Of a DNA stretch of 64,000 nt, positions 27,068 to 40,380 are shown one piece after another. The notes under the pieces are model-generated. The model was not told the DNA's origin. It worked only from the letters and a program-made list of their open reading frames with translations, and made no database searches. A program made the position numbers and the translations under genes. The DNA comes from Eledone cirrhosa (lineage: Eukaryota). The stretch lies in assembly GCA_964016885.1 (NCBI GenBank), contig OZ024747.1, positions 37,076,001 to 37,140,000 of the forward strand, given 5' to 3'. Positions within the stretch are counted from its first letter, which is position 1. Every line of letters begins with the position of its first letter.

Positions 27068-27112
<45 letters not shown>

Positions 27113-27261
27113 GCAGTCTCTCTCACATTTTGAAAGCATATTCTAAATTTTTACGCATCGTAGACATACAAGAGTCTCACTGTGAATGTTTTCAGAGCTA
27201 TTCAAGTAGCTGTTAAGGTCGTCAGACAGCTGTTTCTGATTATTTTTTTTTTTTATCTTAA

Positions 27262-27455
27262 TGAGGGCGGTGGATTGGCAGTATCTGTAGAGGGTCGGAC
27301 GCCATGCTTTGACGCATAGAGTTACGGCCCTTGCCATTCTGAGTTCAAATCCCGCTGTGGTTAACTTTGCCTTTCATCCTTATGGGGTCGATAAAATAAA
27401 GTACCAGTAATACACTGAGTAATTGCTGGCTTTGTGCCAAAAGTAGAAACAATTA
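27262..27455 (+). mobile_element. tRNA-derived SINE, full-length, with Meta/MESC-like central domain
   Basis: A-box-like tggcagtatctgtag, B-box gagttcaaatccc, central gcctttcatccttatggggtcgataaaataaagtaccag, ATT tail; many copies in window; domain name from memory. Confidence 0.85.
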
Positions 27456-27952
27456 TTTTTTTTTATGTTATCAGTGGCATTTCCTCATCCGAGACAGAAA
27501 TAAATAAGCTAAATCTTCGTTTGTTTCTGATTCATCGTCTTTCATGCTACTTCCCCCACTTTCATGCTACTTCATCCCCTCGCCCAGCGTCACAGGTTCA
27601 TCGACTTTACAAGAAATGTTCTTCGAAAAACAGGCTTTTCTTTTATCCCAGATATGATGGGTTAATAAGAACAAAATAATCCAGTAAAACTTGGTAAACC
27701 AAAATCTCATCATTGTTACTTTAAATAGAGACTATATACGTCAATAATAATAATGTTTTCGTTTCGCTTCGTCCTCATTGAATTAATTTTTAACATATGT
27801 GTATGTTGTGCGTATACTTTCCAAAGTATTCCTTTAATGTACATGTATGTGTATTCGAATCTATATAGGCATATGAATATGTGCAGGTGAATGTATGTAT
27901 CTATGTACATATTTATATATATATGTTTATATATATATATATAGATTGTCAG

Positions 27953-28002
<50 letters not shown>

Positions 28003-28500
28003 AATGTGTCCGTAAGTATCTATGCATGTATGTGCGTATGCTGGTATTTATGTATGCATATGTATATATTCAGGTAAAGTTATCTAACTCTCTCTCTATA
28101 TATATATATATTCTATGAGAGTAAGTTGTGTTAGTGTGTGTGAATATATATATACATACATACATACATACATGCATACATACATACATACATATTAGAT
28201 GTGAGCTTCCACCGTTGTTCATGGCATCAGTCACTATGTGTTAAATGTTTAATAGATCAAGAAACGTCGACAGCAATTTCAGAGAAATGGTTTTAAAAAG
28301 AGATGTTTGGTTTTTATTTGGTATTATTTATACTTTTCTTTGTCTCTAGTTTGTTTCACCATTTTTATTTGTTATCTCTTTTTATCTAACTTTTCAGTAC
28401 GTTTTCAAGGTTTCTTTTATTTAACTTGTATATTATGTCTAAAAGCTTTTGACTTTGACTTGAAGTTACAGCGAATACACACACACACACACACACACAT

Positions 28501-28577
<77 letters not shown>

Positions 28578-28667
28578 GAGAAGAAAGAAGAATACTGCGT
28601 GGTTTGCACATGGGTTACATATTTACATATGATAAAAATACTCCTTCGTCAGTGATTTTCCATATAC

Positions 28668-28706
<39 letters not shown>

Positions 28707-28780
28707 GAGAGAGAGACAGAGAAATATATACATATTTTTATATATATTTACATAAATACACACACACACATATATACATA

Positions 28781-28827
<47 letters not shown>

Positions 28828-28889
28828 ATTTATGTAAATATATATATATATATATATGCGTATATATATATATATACGTATATATATAT

Positions 28890-28967
28890 GCAGAGGTTAT
28901 ATTTAATTTGTTGGGATTCAACAAGCTTAAAAATGTATATATATATATACATATATATATAATTACA

Positions 28968-28999
<32 letters not shown>

Positions 29000-29046
29000 C
29001 ATATATACATATATATATATACATATATATACATATATATATATCT

Positions 29047-29102
<56 letters not shown>

Positions 29103-29163
29103 AGATACATATATGTATATATGTATGTATATATATATATGTATATGTGTATATATAGATGTA

Positions 29164-29232
<69 letters not shown>

Positions 29233-29272
29233 TGTTAAGCTTGTTGAATCCCAACAAATTAAATATAACCTC

Positions 29273-29275
<3 letters not shown>
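28890..29275. repeat. 41-bp perfect inverted repeat separated and flanked by TA-rich microsatellite
   Basis: gcagaggttatatttaatttgttgggattcaacaagcttaa (28890-28930) and its reverse complement (29235-29275). Confidence 0.92.
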
Positions 29276-29359
<84 letters not shown>

Positions 29360-30178
29360 GTATATATATATATATATATATATATTTACAGAAATACACA
29401 CACACATATCTACATATATATGTGTGTGTGTGTTTGTGTGTGTATGTTGTGGGTATTTGGCCTCTTATTATTATTGCTTCTTTAATCTTTTTTTTCTACT
29501 TGATTATATATATATATATTATAACTTTCTCTCCAAGCGTAAACTCTTGCATCATGTTGACAAACATAATTACATTACCGCAGCCATCGCTTCTCTCTCT
29601 CTCTCCCTATCCTCCATGGCTACCACCACGAATAGCATTACTGCAACTACTGCAACATTCAGAACTACTACTATTACTATTTCTGTTAATAATAATGATT
29701 TCTTTATTGTCTAACCTGCCTACAATATAATATAAAGAGAGATACAAAATATATGGGGGTGTATATATTTAATACATGAGTGTCGTGAAAAAATATGTTA
29801 CAAAATGATTAACAAGCTAAAAGAGGTATATGTAATATACAAAGAACAATGGCCTCTGTAAATGTGTGGCTGAAGTTAGATTTCGTTGATCGAGGCACCC
29901 CAAAATCCTGGCCACCTTGCACTACGAGCAGGTGCTCTCTTCCGACTGCAGTCTGAGGCAGAATTTAAATACATCTCACATATTATATCACACTTAAACA
30001 CAGTTTCATTAAATTTGCTAGAGATCAGTAACTCCATTCCATTGACGCCGTCCAAAGCATTGTCAATTTAAGGAATTGAATAAGGCCTTGGTCTGAGTGC
30101 TAATGTCGAGTTATCAGTGTTTTCAAACACGCCCATCAACGTATTCTCCTTTTTTTATTTATATATGTCTGACATATT

Positions 30179-30278
30179 CTTAGTCTAGCTAACTTTCTAA
30201 GTGAATATGATTCGCTGATGAGATCTAATCAACACGAAACATGTCCATTGCGTTCACGAAGTTAGCTAATAGACTAAG
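30179..30278 (+). ncRNA. Degenerate type I hammerhead ribozyme motif
   Basis: CTGATGA (30215-21)...GAA ACATGT C; distal stem I pairings cttagtcta/tagactaag, gctaactt/aagttagc, gtgaa/ttcac; proximal stems I and II poor. Confidence 0.55.
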
Positions 30279-31150
30279 TCCATTTCCATTGCATTGTCTT
30301 AAAATGGTGCAAAAGGCTTGCGTCAGCTCAGGCTGCAGAGGTATTTTTCTTTGCTTGCTTCTTATCAGCTAAACAGTTTATCGGTTTGAGATTGCGAAGC
30401 TAGTCTCAGTTCATTGAAATATTTTTGCCCAACTCACTATGTTTAGCTTGTGAGACTCTATTATCTGTAGAGAGTTCCTTTCAGATAGTGTCTTTATGTG
30501 TATAATGTCGTGAACGTGAAGTCTCATGAAATCTCAAGAATCGTATTTTTGTATAACAGCATTTTGTCAATACACATATGTATTCTCGGTTAAATTCTAA
30601 AGTTGCTTCCCAAGCGACATAATCGATAAGAATAGATATAGAAATCACAGTGCTCATTTGATAGTTCTTCCGTCGGTTTGGGGATGAGTATTCAGGTGTT
30701 CAGACAGCTGAAATTCCGAGTCATAAAATAAATGTACATGTGGTGTAGTGTTTCGCGGAAACTTGTATCTTTAGTTTAATCCTTAAGCCAAAGCAATGTA
30801 ACACAATATGGTACAAAGTTGAGCCATTACAGGTACAATCAATTCTGTGGATTTCTATATATTTCCGTCTTCCAAAATTCGCATGGCTTGCTGTCGACCG
30901 AAGACTATGGAAAAACATTTGCTCCAGATGATACGCAGTGGGATCAAACCCGGGACCTTAAATCAACCTATACTCACTCGGAAGACAACAGAATAGGCAA
31001 TGTAAAGGAGAGAAAATAGGGGAGCATTCATCGATGCCATAACAGCAAATAAACGTTCACTTCTATTAATAGTTGTTGAACAAGGTGATATAGATATCGT
31101 ATTTGTAGTGATCAGTGGATGGAATGAATATAGTAACTAATAAGCACTAG

Positions 31151-31320
31151 GCGGCGAATTGTCAAAGTTGTAACGTCGATTAGTGTTTTGCTATATTGGT
31201 CTCAGCTTGTTGCGATCTGCGTTCAAATCCCGCCGAGATCAACGTCGCTTTTCATCCTTTGGAGATCGATACAAAAAGTAGCAGTTTAGAAGTGAGGTTG
31301 ATTCTTCCTGTATATCTCCT
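31151..31320 (+). mobile_element. tRNA-derived SINE (diverged)
   Basis: gttcaaatcccgccgag...gcttttcatcctttggagatcgata. Confidence 0.75.
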
Positions 31321-31651
31321 TCACACTTCCTCTCCATCATTCTCACTTCTTTGCTAGAAGAAATGGACTGTTCACGCTTGAAGATTAATGGTCTCCGTCG
31401 GTTTGAAAATACCAAAGACTCCATCAGGAATTACGAATCCCTACATATATACTAACAAGTTGTAGCCGATTTTTTTATACGCCTAAGATTCTAGTTAATG
31501 CCGTTGCTGTTCGGCTTTAATTGAAGAGACCTATTATGGAGGTGGTGTATAGATTACTGTATTGTGAACACATGGTCAGATATATCTCATGGTCTGAATA
31601 TCAGAGTAGCGACTAAATGCGATCATGTGGAATCTTGAGGCCAACACACAC

Positions 31652-31707
<56 letters not shown>

Positions 31708-31917
31708 TCAACGGATGTGCACTTATAATAGAACCTTTTAGAAGATATCTTCCTCTAATTTATCGATATTAACTCGACTGAGAGTCGACATTTCAAATAG
31801 TATCAAATTTTGCGTCGCAACACAATGTGAGATTTATTTAAATTCACTATGCGTAAATATATAAAGTTTCGTTTTAAAAGAATTTATGAACTGAAATTCC
31901 AAGCACCTCATTTTCTT

Positions 31918-32084
<167 letters not shown>

Positions 32085-32611
32085 ACGCATTCTTCCACTT
32101 TCGCTTTTGCTTTCTATCTCACTCTCCTTTCTCATTCTTACCTATTCAAACGTTCTCTTCTCTCAATGTCTCTGGCTCGCACATTAATTCAACCTTCTTT
32201 ATATTCTCCCTTCGACTCATATCTCCCTTCTTCATTTATCTCAGTCCCTCTCCAACCCCCTCTCTCTCTCTCACGTATTCACACACATACACATACACTT
32301 TCACATATATTCCCTCTCTCATACAGTGTGTCCCACCTTATGCTCTATCACATCAAGACAGGTAAACATACAGCCAGTGCTCAGTTACCTTGCAGCACCA
32401 TTCGTAAGTAATTGTCCAATTCCCACATACAATTTGATGTCACTTCCTTGAATGCTAAGTATCTAGCTATGTACGCCATGTATACAACTATATCGACGTT
32501 ATCGGACATTGAGTTCCTGTGTATATTCCGGTGTGTATATCAGAGGCCTTTCACTGTATTTCGATTCATGCATATATGCATGAATATCCTAAACTTTGCA
32601 CTCTCATTTTG

Positions 32612-32675
<64 letters not shown>

Positions 32676-32751
32676 GTGTATGTGTGTGTGTGTGTGTGTG
32701 CTGGTGTGTGTATGTATTTATGTATGCATATATGTATGTATATGTGTGTAA

Positions 32752-32834
<83 letters not shown>

Positions 32835-33136
32835 TGAAAACAGGGAGAAAGACACGATTATGACGATTATCTGGGTTAGAAAATGATTAAAACGAAATGT
32901 TTTACTTTGTGTTAAGTGTTAAGGTATTAGTTGATTTATTTATTATTTAACAATGGCACTTATTTATCTATTTATATATTTAAATATTGTCTATTACCGG
33001 TTTCAGCATTTATATGCATTATCAAATGATAGTGAAATGTATTAATGTGGTGTCGCACATGTTAAACAGAAGGTGCAGAAAGAATAATGTTATTTACAAA
33101 CAAGGTTTAAGAAGTGAAAAGAAAAATATATATATA

Positions 33137-33690
33137 TCTACTATATAAATTGGAAGTGGTCGGACGTTTTATATGTAGGTGTAGTCGGATAAACGTCGAA
33201 ACGGTTTGGTGTAATGCAGCGAAAATTTACGCAGTTATGCAGAATGACCTGAGGAGGCGTTGAGTCGACGTTCAAGCTACAAGCTTCCATGGTTACGGAG
33301 AAAATCGATGAAACGGGAATTTCCCATTCAAATTGAACTGAGAGTAATCTGTGAACGCAGAAGTAAATATTTCGAGAAACGTTGCAACCGAAGGAAAACA
33401 GGAAGACGATATTTTGGTTCGTGAAGACGATCCCTGGCAATGAACGGAAAAAAAGCGAGGATAATACGTCGTTATGTGGAAAGACCAAGTTTATGGTATA
33501 AATGGAGTCGTTAGACTAATATTCTATTTAAAATAACAGAATGATTTCCAGCCCCGGAGTTTAAGAATGATGTTAATAAAATTGAAAACGAAAATGACAG
33601 AGGTTATTAAAATAGTAAAAGTAAATAGTGAAGAATTTGGCCAGTACATACGTATGCCCGACGGACATACATATACATACACAAACACAA

Positions 33691-33740
<50 letters not shown>

Positions 33741-33971
33741 GCACGCACGCATGTGTATAAACCTTATGCATTTCTACAGTATTTTCACGAAACTTAAGAC
33801 ATAGGTTACTTATGTACTCCGGATGGTCATGGGCACTTTCATTTTTCCAGATATTGATTATAGGGCATCCCGGCAGATAACCCCCTTTAACCACTGCCTT
33901 GGAGTCGACTGAAGCACTGCAGTGCAATGCAACTGCTATTTAATACCCGAGCAACGCCGGGTACCTCTGCT

Positions 33972-33975
<4 letters not shown>
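33137..33975 (+). mobile_element. Possible non-autonomous Helitron-like element
   Basis: 5' TCTACTATATAAA; 3' hairpin cccgagcaacgccggg about 10 nt before a CTTGT (degenerate CTAGT) end. Confidence 0.45.
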
Positions 33976-34054
<79 letters not shown>

Positions 34055-34067
<13 letters not shown>

Positions 34068-34641
34068 TGTAGTTCCTGTATGTTTGCTTGTTTGTTTGTT
34101 CACAAACTCCTCCTATGGTTTTGGAGATAGACCCCATAACCATATATATTCTGAAACTACATTGCCTAGGGTACTTGGATAAGTATATTTCATTTTAATC
34201 AAATGGTTCCCCGGGGTCACAAACTCCCGCTGAAAGTTTTTTCCCTTCGATTTATATGAATTTTAAACCATAGGTAAAGGACAAGATATGATGCCTATTC
34301 ACAAAATTTCAGCAAATTTCAATAATAAGACACCCTATAATGAAAATGTTGGAAGCCCAAATAAATTAATGCTTTACACAAAAATGAAAAGTTTTGAATT
34401 GATATTTTGAAAAAAAATGTTTACAAGAAACAAAATAAGAATAATAATTAATTATGTAATTATGATTTGATATATTACAAAAAATAATGTTTTCCAATTT
34501 ATCATGCAATACATTTTACATTGAGTAATATTGGAATGCAGAGGCTTTCTCCATAAATTATATCACTGATTTAAAATCAATCATCATTTTCTTACAAAAG
34601 AAATGTGTGAAACGCTGCAAGGCGCGGGTAATTCGGCTAGT
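34055..34641 (+). mobile_element. Non-autonomous Helitron-like element
   Basis: 5' atatataaa followed by (gttt)-like repeats; 3' GC-rich cgctgcaaggcgcggg, then CTAG|T in a TA context. Confidence 0.55.
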
Positions 34642-35005
34642 GTATATATATATATATACTGTAACATATATATATATATAAATTCAGCGAGAATCGCATT
34701 TCGGTGGGTAGAAAATGCGAAACGAAACGCAAAATCAGAGTTATGCTGGCAAACGCCCTATAATTAAAAAAAACCAGAGCTATATGTTACAAACGCCATA
34801 CAAACTGAAAAAGTGGTCAAGAAGACAATTAACCACCTAAGGCAAAAAACAAGTCAAGCTAAACAGGTCAAACAAAATAAATGATAAAATCATATATATA
34901 TATATATAGGGAGTGTAACTTGGAGTTACTGCAGGTTCACCCGGGTGAGCACTCGATGCTTAGGGTTCACTTCTGTGTTGAGGTGTAGAGCTATACAGAG
35001 TGTAT

Positions 35006-35656
35006 TATATTGAAAGGATAACAAGGACGATTGGTTACTCCTTCATTACATTTATTGGTATTTGTCAGACTAAGAGTGTCTAGGTATGTATCTCCCCATG
35101 GACTTGACACCACCAACACGTCCACCACACCACCACAAACGCCACTACCATAAACAACAACACCACAACAACACCCCACACAATAACCAGCCACAAACAT
35201 ACGCCAACCTGTCTACCGACAATCCACTAAGCCCACACCACAGCCCATCCCAGTCAGCGACCGTCACCACCATCTTATCATCACATCCACCCCCACATAC
35301 AGTACAGGCGAAAGTCAATCTGCCAGCCCCACACCACAGCCCATTCCAGCCAGCGACCGTCACCAACATCTTATCATCACATCCACCCCCACATACACTA
35401 CAAGCCAATACATCCCTATGATCTTTTCCACCAATCAAAACAACTCATATTGTACAACTTATGAACTTCTGACATTATCGCATAGCATGTATTCATTTTC
35501 TTATACCATTTTAAAGGGTCCGTCGAGCTGCCGATTATTGAGTCGGGTAAGAACGATACAGATCGAACCTTGAACTGATCAGTGGCGAAACGCGCGTCAC
35601 CTACCAATAAATGTAATGAAGGAGTAACCAATCGTCCTTGTTATCCTTTCAATATA
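35006..35656 (+). mobile_element. 5'-truncated PLE-like unit with 55-bp inverted terminal segment, internal ~95-bp duplication and hammerhead motif
   Basis: 35006-35060 is the reverse complement of 35602-35656; duplication ~35229-35312/35325-35408; ends in (TA)n. Confidence 0.8.
35516..35602 (+). ncRNA. Degenerate type I hammerhead with long stem II
   Basis: gggt CCGTCGA gctgccgatta...tgatcagtggc GAAAC GCGC GTC acct; core two changes from CTGACGA; palindromic GCGC loop; AATAAA follows. Confidence 0.6.
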
Positions 35657-36142
35657 TATATATATATACATATACACATATATAACCGACCTGGACCCAT
35701 TGGAATTGAGGGTAAAATCCAAATGCAGGGTTTCTATGACATCTAAATCAATAATATTGTCTGCTTAAAACTATAAGCTTTTGGTATAATGATCGAACAA
35801 GGAATATTACGTTATCAACAGGTATTTTGTTCTGCGCCAACGTTGTGAATAATGCAGAGCTTTGTAAAAGCACATGCGTAACTCACAAGGGAAAAAAAAC
35901 CCAGATTTCGGCAAATGAATTCAGTATGAGTAAATCATGCAAAAGATTGCATAAATAGCACGAATCGAATAAGCACTCAGCCGGGTAGTTTTAAAATAAA
36001 CTTATGCAATTAATCTGGCAATAGAATTATTACCAGGTTAATTGTAAGACTCGGAAGATTAATACATATATAAATTCAGCGAGATTAATACAAATATATA
36101 TATATATATGTTAAGTATATATATATATATATATATATTACA

Positions 36143-36198
<56 letters not shown>

Positions 36199-36290
36199 GA
36201 AAGGTATAGAAAACATTGTAGCGAAAAGCCAACAGTATTCCATGTTATATATATATATATATACTGTAAATATATATATATATATACTGT

Positions 36291-36329
<39 letters not shown>

Positions 36330-36894
36330 AGAGAGAGAGAAAGAGAGATAGAGAGAGAGGGGGAGGGAGAGATGAAGGGGATACATAACCATGTAAAATT
36401 CCAGCTGTGCGAAGAACTCAGTTCAAAGATTTACAACTGGTTATTAATGTTACGTAGACATACATACAGATGTATAGATGCACACATAACTGCAGGAAAT
36501 CACATGTCTGAGATAGCTAGCCACATGTAAACACATATCATGCAATTACAGAAACGCCTCTCTAAACTGACATGGCGGATGAGAAAATACACATATCATA
36601 GAAATCTAAATCATGGTGCAGTTTGGATTTCCATCTGTGAAGTGATCACACTCAGTTTGTGACACGCTAATAATAGTTTCTGATTTACTCACAAGGCCAA
36701 CAATTTTTGGGGAGGGGCAAGTCGATTAAATCGACCCCCAGTCATATTTTATTTTATGCAAAGCTAACCTCAGTGGGATTTGAACTCAGTGATATATTAC
36801 TACATTACTAATCTATAATAAAGGAAGGTCTGCGGGATTGCGTCCAGAATATATTTTTTACCCCGTTTGTAAAATAAGTTGTATTACTTTCAAT

Positions 36895-37087
36895 AAATAA
36901 TTGTTTCTACTTTAGGCACAAGGCCAGCAATCACCAGTGCATTACTGGTACTTTATTTTATCTACCCCGTAAGGATGAAAGGCAAAGTCAACCTCGGCGG
37001 GATTTGAACTCAGATCGTAAAGGGGCGTAACTATGCTGGAAAGCATGGCGTCCGACCCTCTACCAATACTGCCAATCCACCGCCCTT
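36895..37087 (-). mobile_element. tRNA-derived SINE, full-length (partial copy also at ~36670-36790)
   Basis: Reverse complement of the 27262 family. Confidence 0.85.
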
Positions 37088-37802
37088 TGAATAAATAAGG
37101 TATGAATATTACATAATTTATGTGCTAAATTTCGTGGCTGTTGATTAAATATATTTTATAGTTTATAAAGAACTTTAAAATTAAATTCTTTAAAATTATC
37201 AAATGTCAACACTTCCAATTAGCGGCCGTTATATTATAACACTTATAATCCCATATATTTCCGTCGCTAATTTCATCCTAATGCAGTTTATATATAATGT
37301 CGTCTTTTTTTAATAAATCATGGATTACTGATTACAGAAGACAGTGTAACATAGGCTTTGTTCAATTTCTGTGTATATTGTCAATTACGATTTTATTTGA
37401 TATATCATATTTACATGCACATATATTTGTGTATAATATCAATATACACACTACACATGCTAGCAGAAAACCACCCGCGTGCGGTTTTGCTGCTAGTACA
37501 CATAAAGCACATTCAAAATTGTATGTATAAACATATTGTCAGATACACCAAATCCTGAGAATAAATTTGAAGATACCCTTAAAAAGATAGAAGTGCTAAC
37601 CAAAGTAGAAGAAAGCCTAAACAGAGTTTAATCTCCTCAATGTCAAATAGCCCGAAGACCATTTCTTTTATGAATGGGATTTATTTACATGCACATTCCA
37701 TTATCGTAATGCAGGAATGAATCAACAAACATGGTAGAAATAGAACAATCTAAAAATGAAATTTAGATGACAAGATTAACATCGTTTTTTACCGGCCCAT
37801 TA

Positions 37803-37868
<66 letters not shown>

Positions 37869-37869
37869 G

Positions 37870-38340
37870 ACTTTAAATAGCTCTTCAATGTACAATACCT
37901 AATTTTTAAATACAAAATCAAGGGAAATAACTTTTATAAGTTATTTTTTAATCACTACCTCCTTACGGACAAGTGTCGCTGCACACCAGGTCCGAACACA
38001 GAAGAGCCGAACTCACTGTAATCACCTCCATATCTCTCGCCCTCCCCATCCCTCTCTATTATGAGAAAATGGGGTCCCACGTGCTGGCCGCCCCACAGCC
38101 CCGGCAGGCAGAATGGAGAAGGCGTCTTCCCGGAGGAATGTAAGGGAGATGCGCTGGAGAATGTGTCGCTGCAAGTGGCATCCCAGACGAGAGGTTTACC
38201 ACCGCGGAACGGAAAGATATTCATACCGTCAGGCCTTTTGCCGTCCCCTCGGTCCAGCCCCACCAGCTCGAGCTGGGAAGGGAAGCCTGCAGCATCCAAG
38301 CTCTACTTTATGACCTTGCTGAGGGTAGCATTGTGTGATT
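37870..38340 (-). mobile_element. CRE-clade non-LTR retrotransposon 3' fragment (restriction-like endonuclease)
   Basis: HNATLSKVIK*SLDAAGFPSQLELVGLDRGDGKRPDGMNIFPFRGGKPLVWDATCSDT matches the RH..LN....RAL / KRPDG / WD.T RLE signature; 3' end adjoins (TA)n. Confidence 0.8.
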
Positions 38341-38540
38341 AAGGATATTCAATATGACAAAGCTGATACCATACCAAATTACGAATGCAACTCATTTTTG
38401 TTGGATGAGGGTTCTGGATCAACGTGAAATAAAGTGCTTTGATAAAGAAAGCAAGACACTGACCAGTCCATATGTATGTATGTGTGTAGTATGCATGATT
38501 TTATGTATGTATGTATGTATGTATGTATGTATGTATGTAT

Positions 38541-39145
38541 GTCAGGTCACCAGTGGTGCTACTGGTAACATGTATTCCAGTACAACTTGTCCCATGGTCG
38601 GGTCGTTGGCGACTAAACTGGCAACCCCACCAAGGTTTCTTGGTGAGGAGGGTGACTTTGGACATCCTGCAGGACTAAAAACAAAACCTGTCAAAGGGCG
38701 AAGGAGCTCTTAAGAGTCAATGGCCATCCAAAATCACCGGGAGAGATGACCCTTAGACTTTGTCAAGGCAGAATTTTAGGAGAAGGAAAACTCTGATATA
38801 ACACCGCAACCCTGATGGTATCCAATGATGTTGACTTGTTCTTCTTTTTGGTAAATATCATCTTGGTTAAGAGAGTGGGACTGGCTTTGTGCAGTGCCTT
38901 TGCTCACTATAAAAGCTTCACGGCACAGGCATTGCTTTATATCTGGAGATCTCTCTGCACTTGTCGTCACATGGTACCATGGGCCCAGCACTGTGTCAAT
39001 AATTGTCACAAGTGTAGTGTTTGTACCAGAGTTTTCAAGTCGCTGGCTGGACTAAAAAGTGACACTCGTTCAGCGCATCAGTAGGGGTTCTCCTACATGG
39101 ATATAAAGTGGTGGTCGTACTCGAATACGAGTTGGCAGCCACCAT
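38541..39145 (+). mobile_element. Non-autonomous bipartite RTE-derived retroposon (~600 bp) flanked by (TATG)n
   Basis: RTE-like 5' UTR (ggagaaggaaaactctga) joined to the ORF C-terminal CSVCTRVFKSLAGLKSDTRSAH; second copy at 5623-6025. Confidence 0.72.
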
Positions 39146-39169
39146 GTATGTATATATATATATATATGT

Positions 39170-39660
39170 GTCGGGTCACTCTTGAATGATACTGGTAACA
39201 TGTAACCCAGTATAACCTGTCGCATGGTCGGGTCGTCGGCGACTATACCGGCAACCCCACCAAGTAAACTTGGTGAGGAGGGTGGTTTTGGACACCCTGC
39301 AGGACAAAAAACAAAAGCTGACAAAGGGTGGAAGAACTCATAAGAGTCAACGGCCATCCAAAAGTGTGTAAATATGTATATACACATGTACGGCGCGGTA
39401 AAACCACTGGGAGTGAAGGACCCCTAGCCTTTGTCAGGGCATTCTTCTAGAAGAAGGGAACTCAGGAAACTAGTATAACGCCGATATGAAACCTGCGGCT
39501 TAGTAGTTACCGGGTTATAGCTACTGTCGCTCAGAGAGTGGGATTGGCTCAGTGTACAGTCTTTCCTCACTTTAAAAAATGTCTTCACGCACAGGCATTG
39601 CACGATAGAATTAATTGATAATTATCAATAATGGAATATCATGCGAAGGCTATACTCGAT
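39170..39660 (+). mobile_element. Related RTE-type 5' region, diverged subfamily, in tandem with the previous element
   Basis: tactggtaacatgta...catggtcgggtcgtcggcgacta...ggcaaccccaccaag shared with 38560-38750. Confidence 0.7.
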
Positions 39661-39831
39661 AACGAGTGGTAAGCCATCATATATATATATATATATTTTG
39701 AGTATATGTTGGTTGTATACCAACACCTCAGTATGCAGATTGGAGCACTCGACGAGTTGCGCAGGTTACTCCGGAGTAATGTAAAATAAAATAAATAAGT
39801 CAAATGTTTAAAATTTAGCTTCGTTTATTAA

Positions 39832-39884
39832 TGCTATTATATATTTCGGTGACAGCCATCTTTGGCTGTGATCTCTTCAGGCAG
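39832..39884 (-). ncRNA. Degenerate type I hammerhead motif
   Basis: Minus strand: tgc CTGAAGA gatc ACAGCC aaagat GGCTGT cacc GAAAT AT ATA; stem I imperfect. Confidence 0.55.
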
Positions 39885-39972
39885 TCCGAATTAGTGTGGT
39901 ATAGACAAGTATATATGTTGTTGAGATGTACAACTTTGTCAATACTCTGATATGCCCAGTTCCTGGTTGGGT

Positions 39973-40308
39973 TGTTATTTCACTGAGGAACTGGAATCAT
40001 ATCTTTCCAGTTCCTCAGTGAAATAACATTAGAGCAAACATCACGGACGCTCTATCTCAAAATTATTTTGGAAAAGCATTAGAAATGCGCAACCGGTAAA
40101 ACTTAGAACCAAAACTGAATACTAACCAATACTATTACTAATTCTCACAGTGAAAATTAGTTTGGGAAAAATAGTTTAATTAGGAATAAGTGAGAATTAG
40201 TAATAGTATTGGTTAGTATTCAGTTTTGGTTCTAAGTTTTACCGGTTGCGCATTTCTAATGCTTTTCAAAAATAATTTTCAGATAGAGCGTCCGTGATGT
40301 TTGCTCTA
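39973..40308. repeat. Two adjacent fold-back inverted repeats (24-bp and ~119-bp arms)
   Basis: 39973-39996/40005-40028 and 40030-40148/40190-40308. Confidence 0.93.
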
Positions 40309-40314
40309 TTCTTT

Positions 40315-40376
<62 letters not shown>

Positions 40377-40380
<4 letters not shown>

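Larger units (their letters stand above)
21759..27111 (+). mobile_element. Tx1/L1-clade LINE, copy 3 (5' UTR to tail), flanked by (ATT)n on both sides
   Basis: 5' UTR, disrupted ORF1, intact ORF2, AATAAAGAAATC(ATT)n at 27058-27111. Confidence 0.95.

Noticed and set aside
28748-29714. Long [16 protein letters not shown] ORFs here and throughout the track
   Set aside because: Translations of dinucleotide microsatellites that lack stop codons
29885-29960. tRNA-Thr(CGT)-like sequence on the minus strand
   Set aside because: T-arm/B-box missing and cloverleaf cannot be completed; at most a relic
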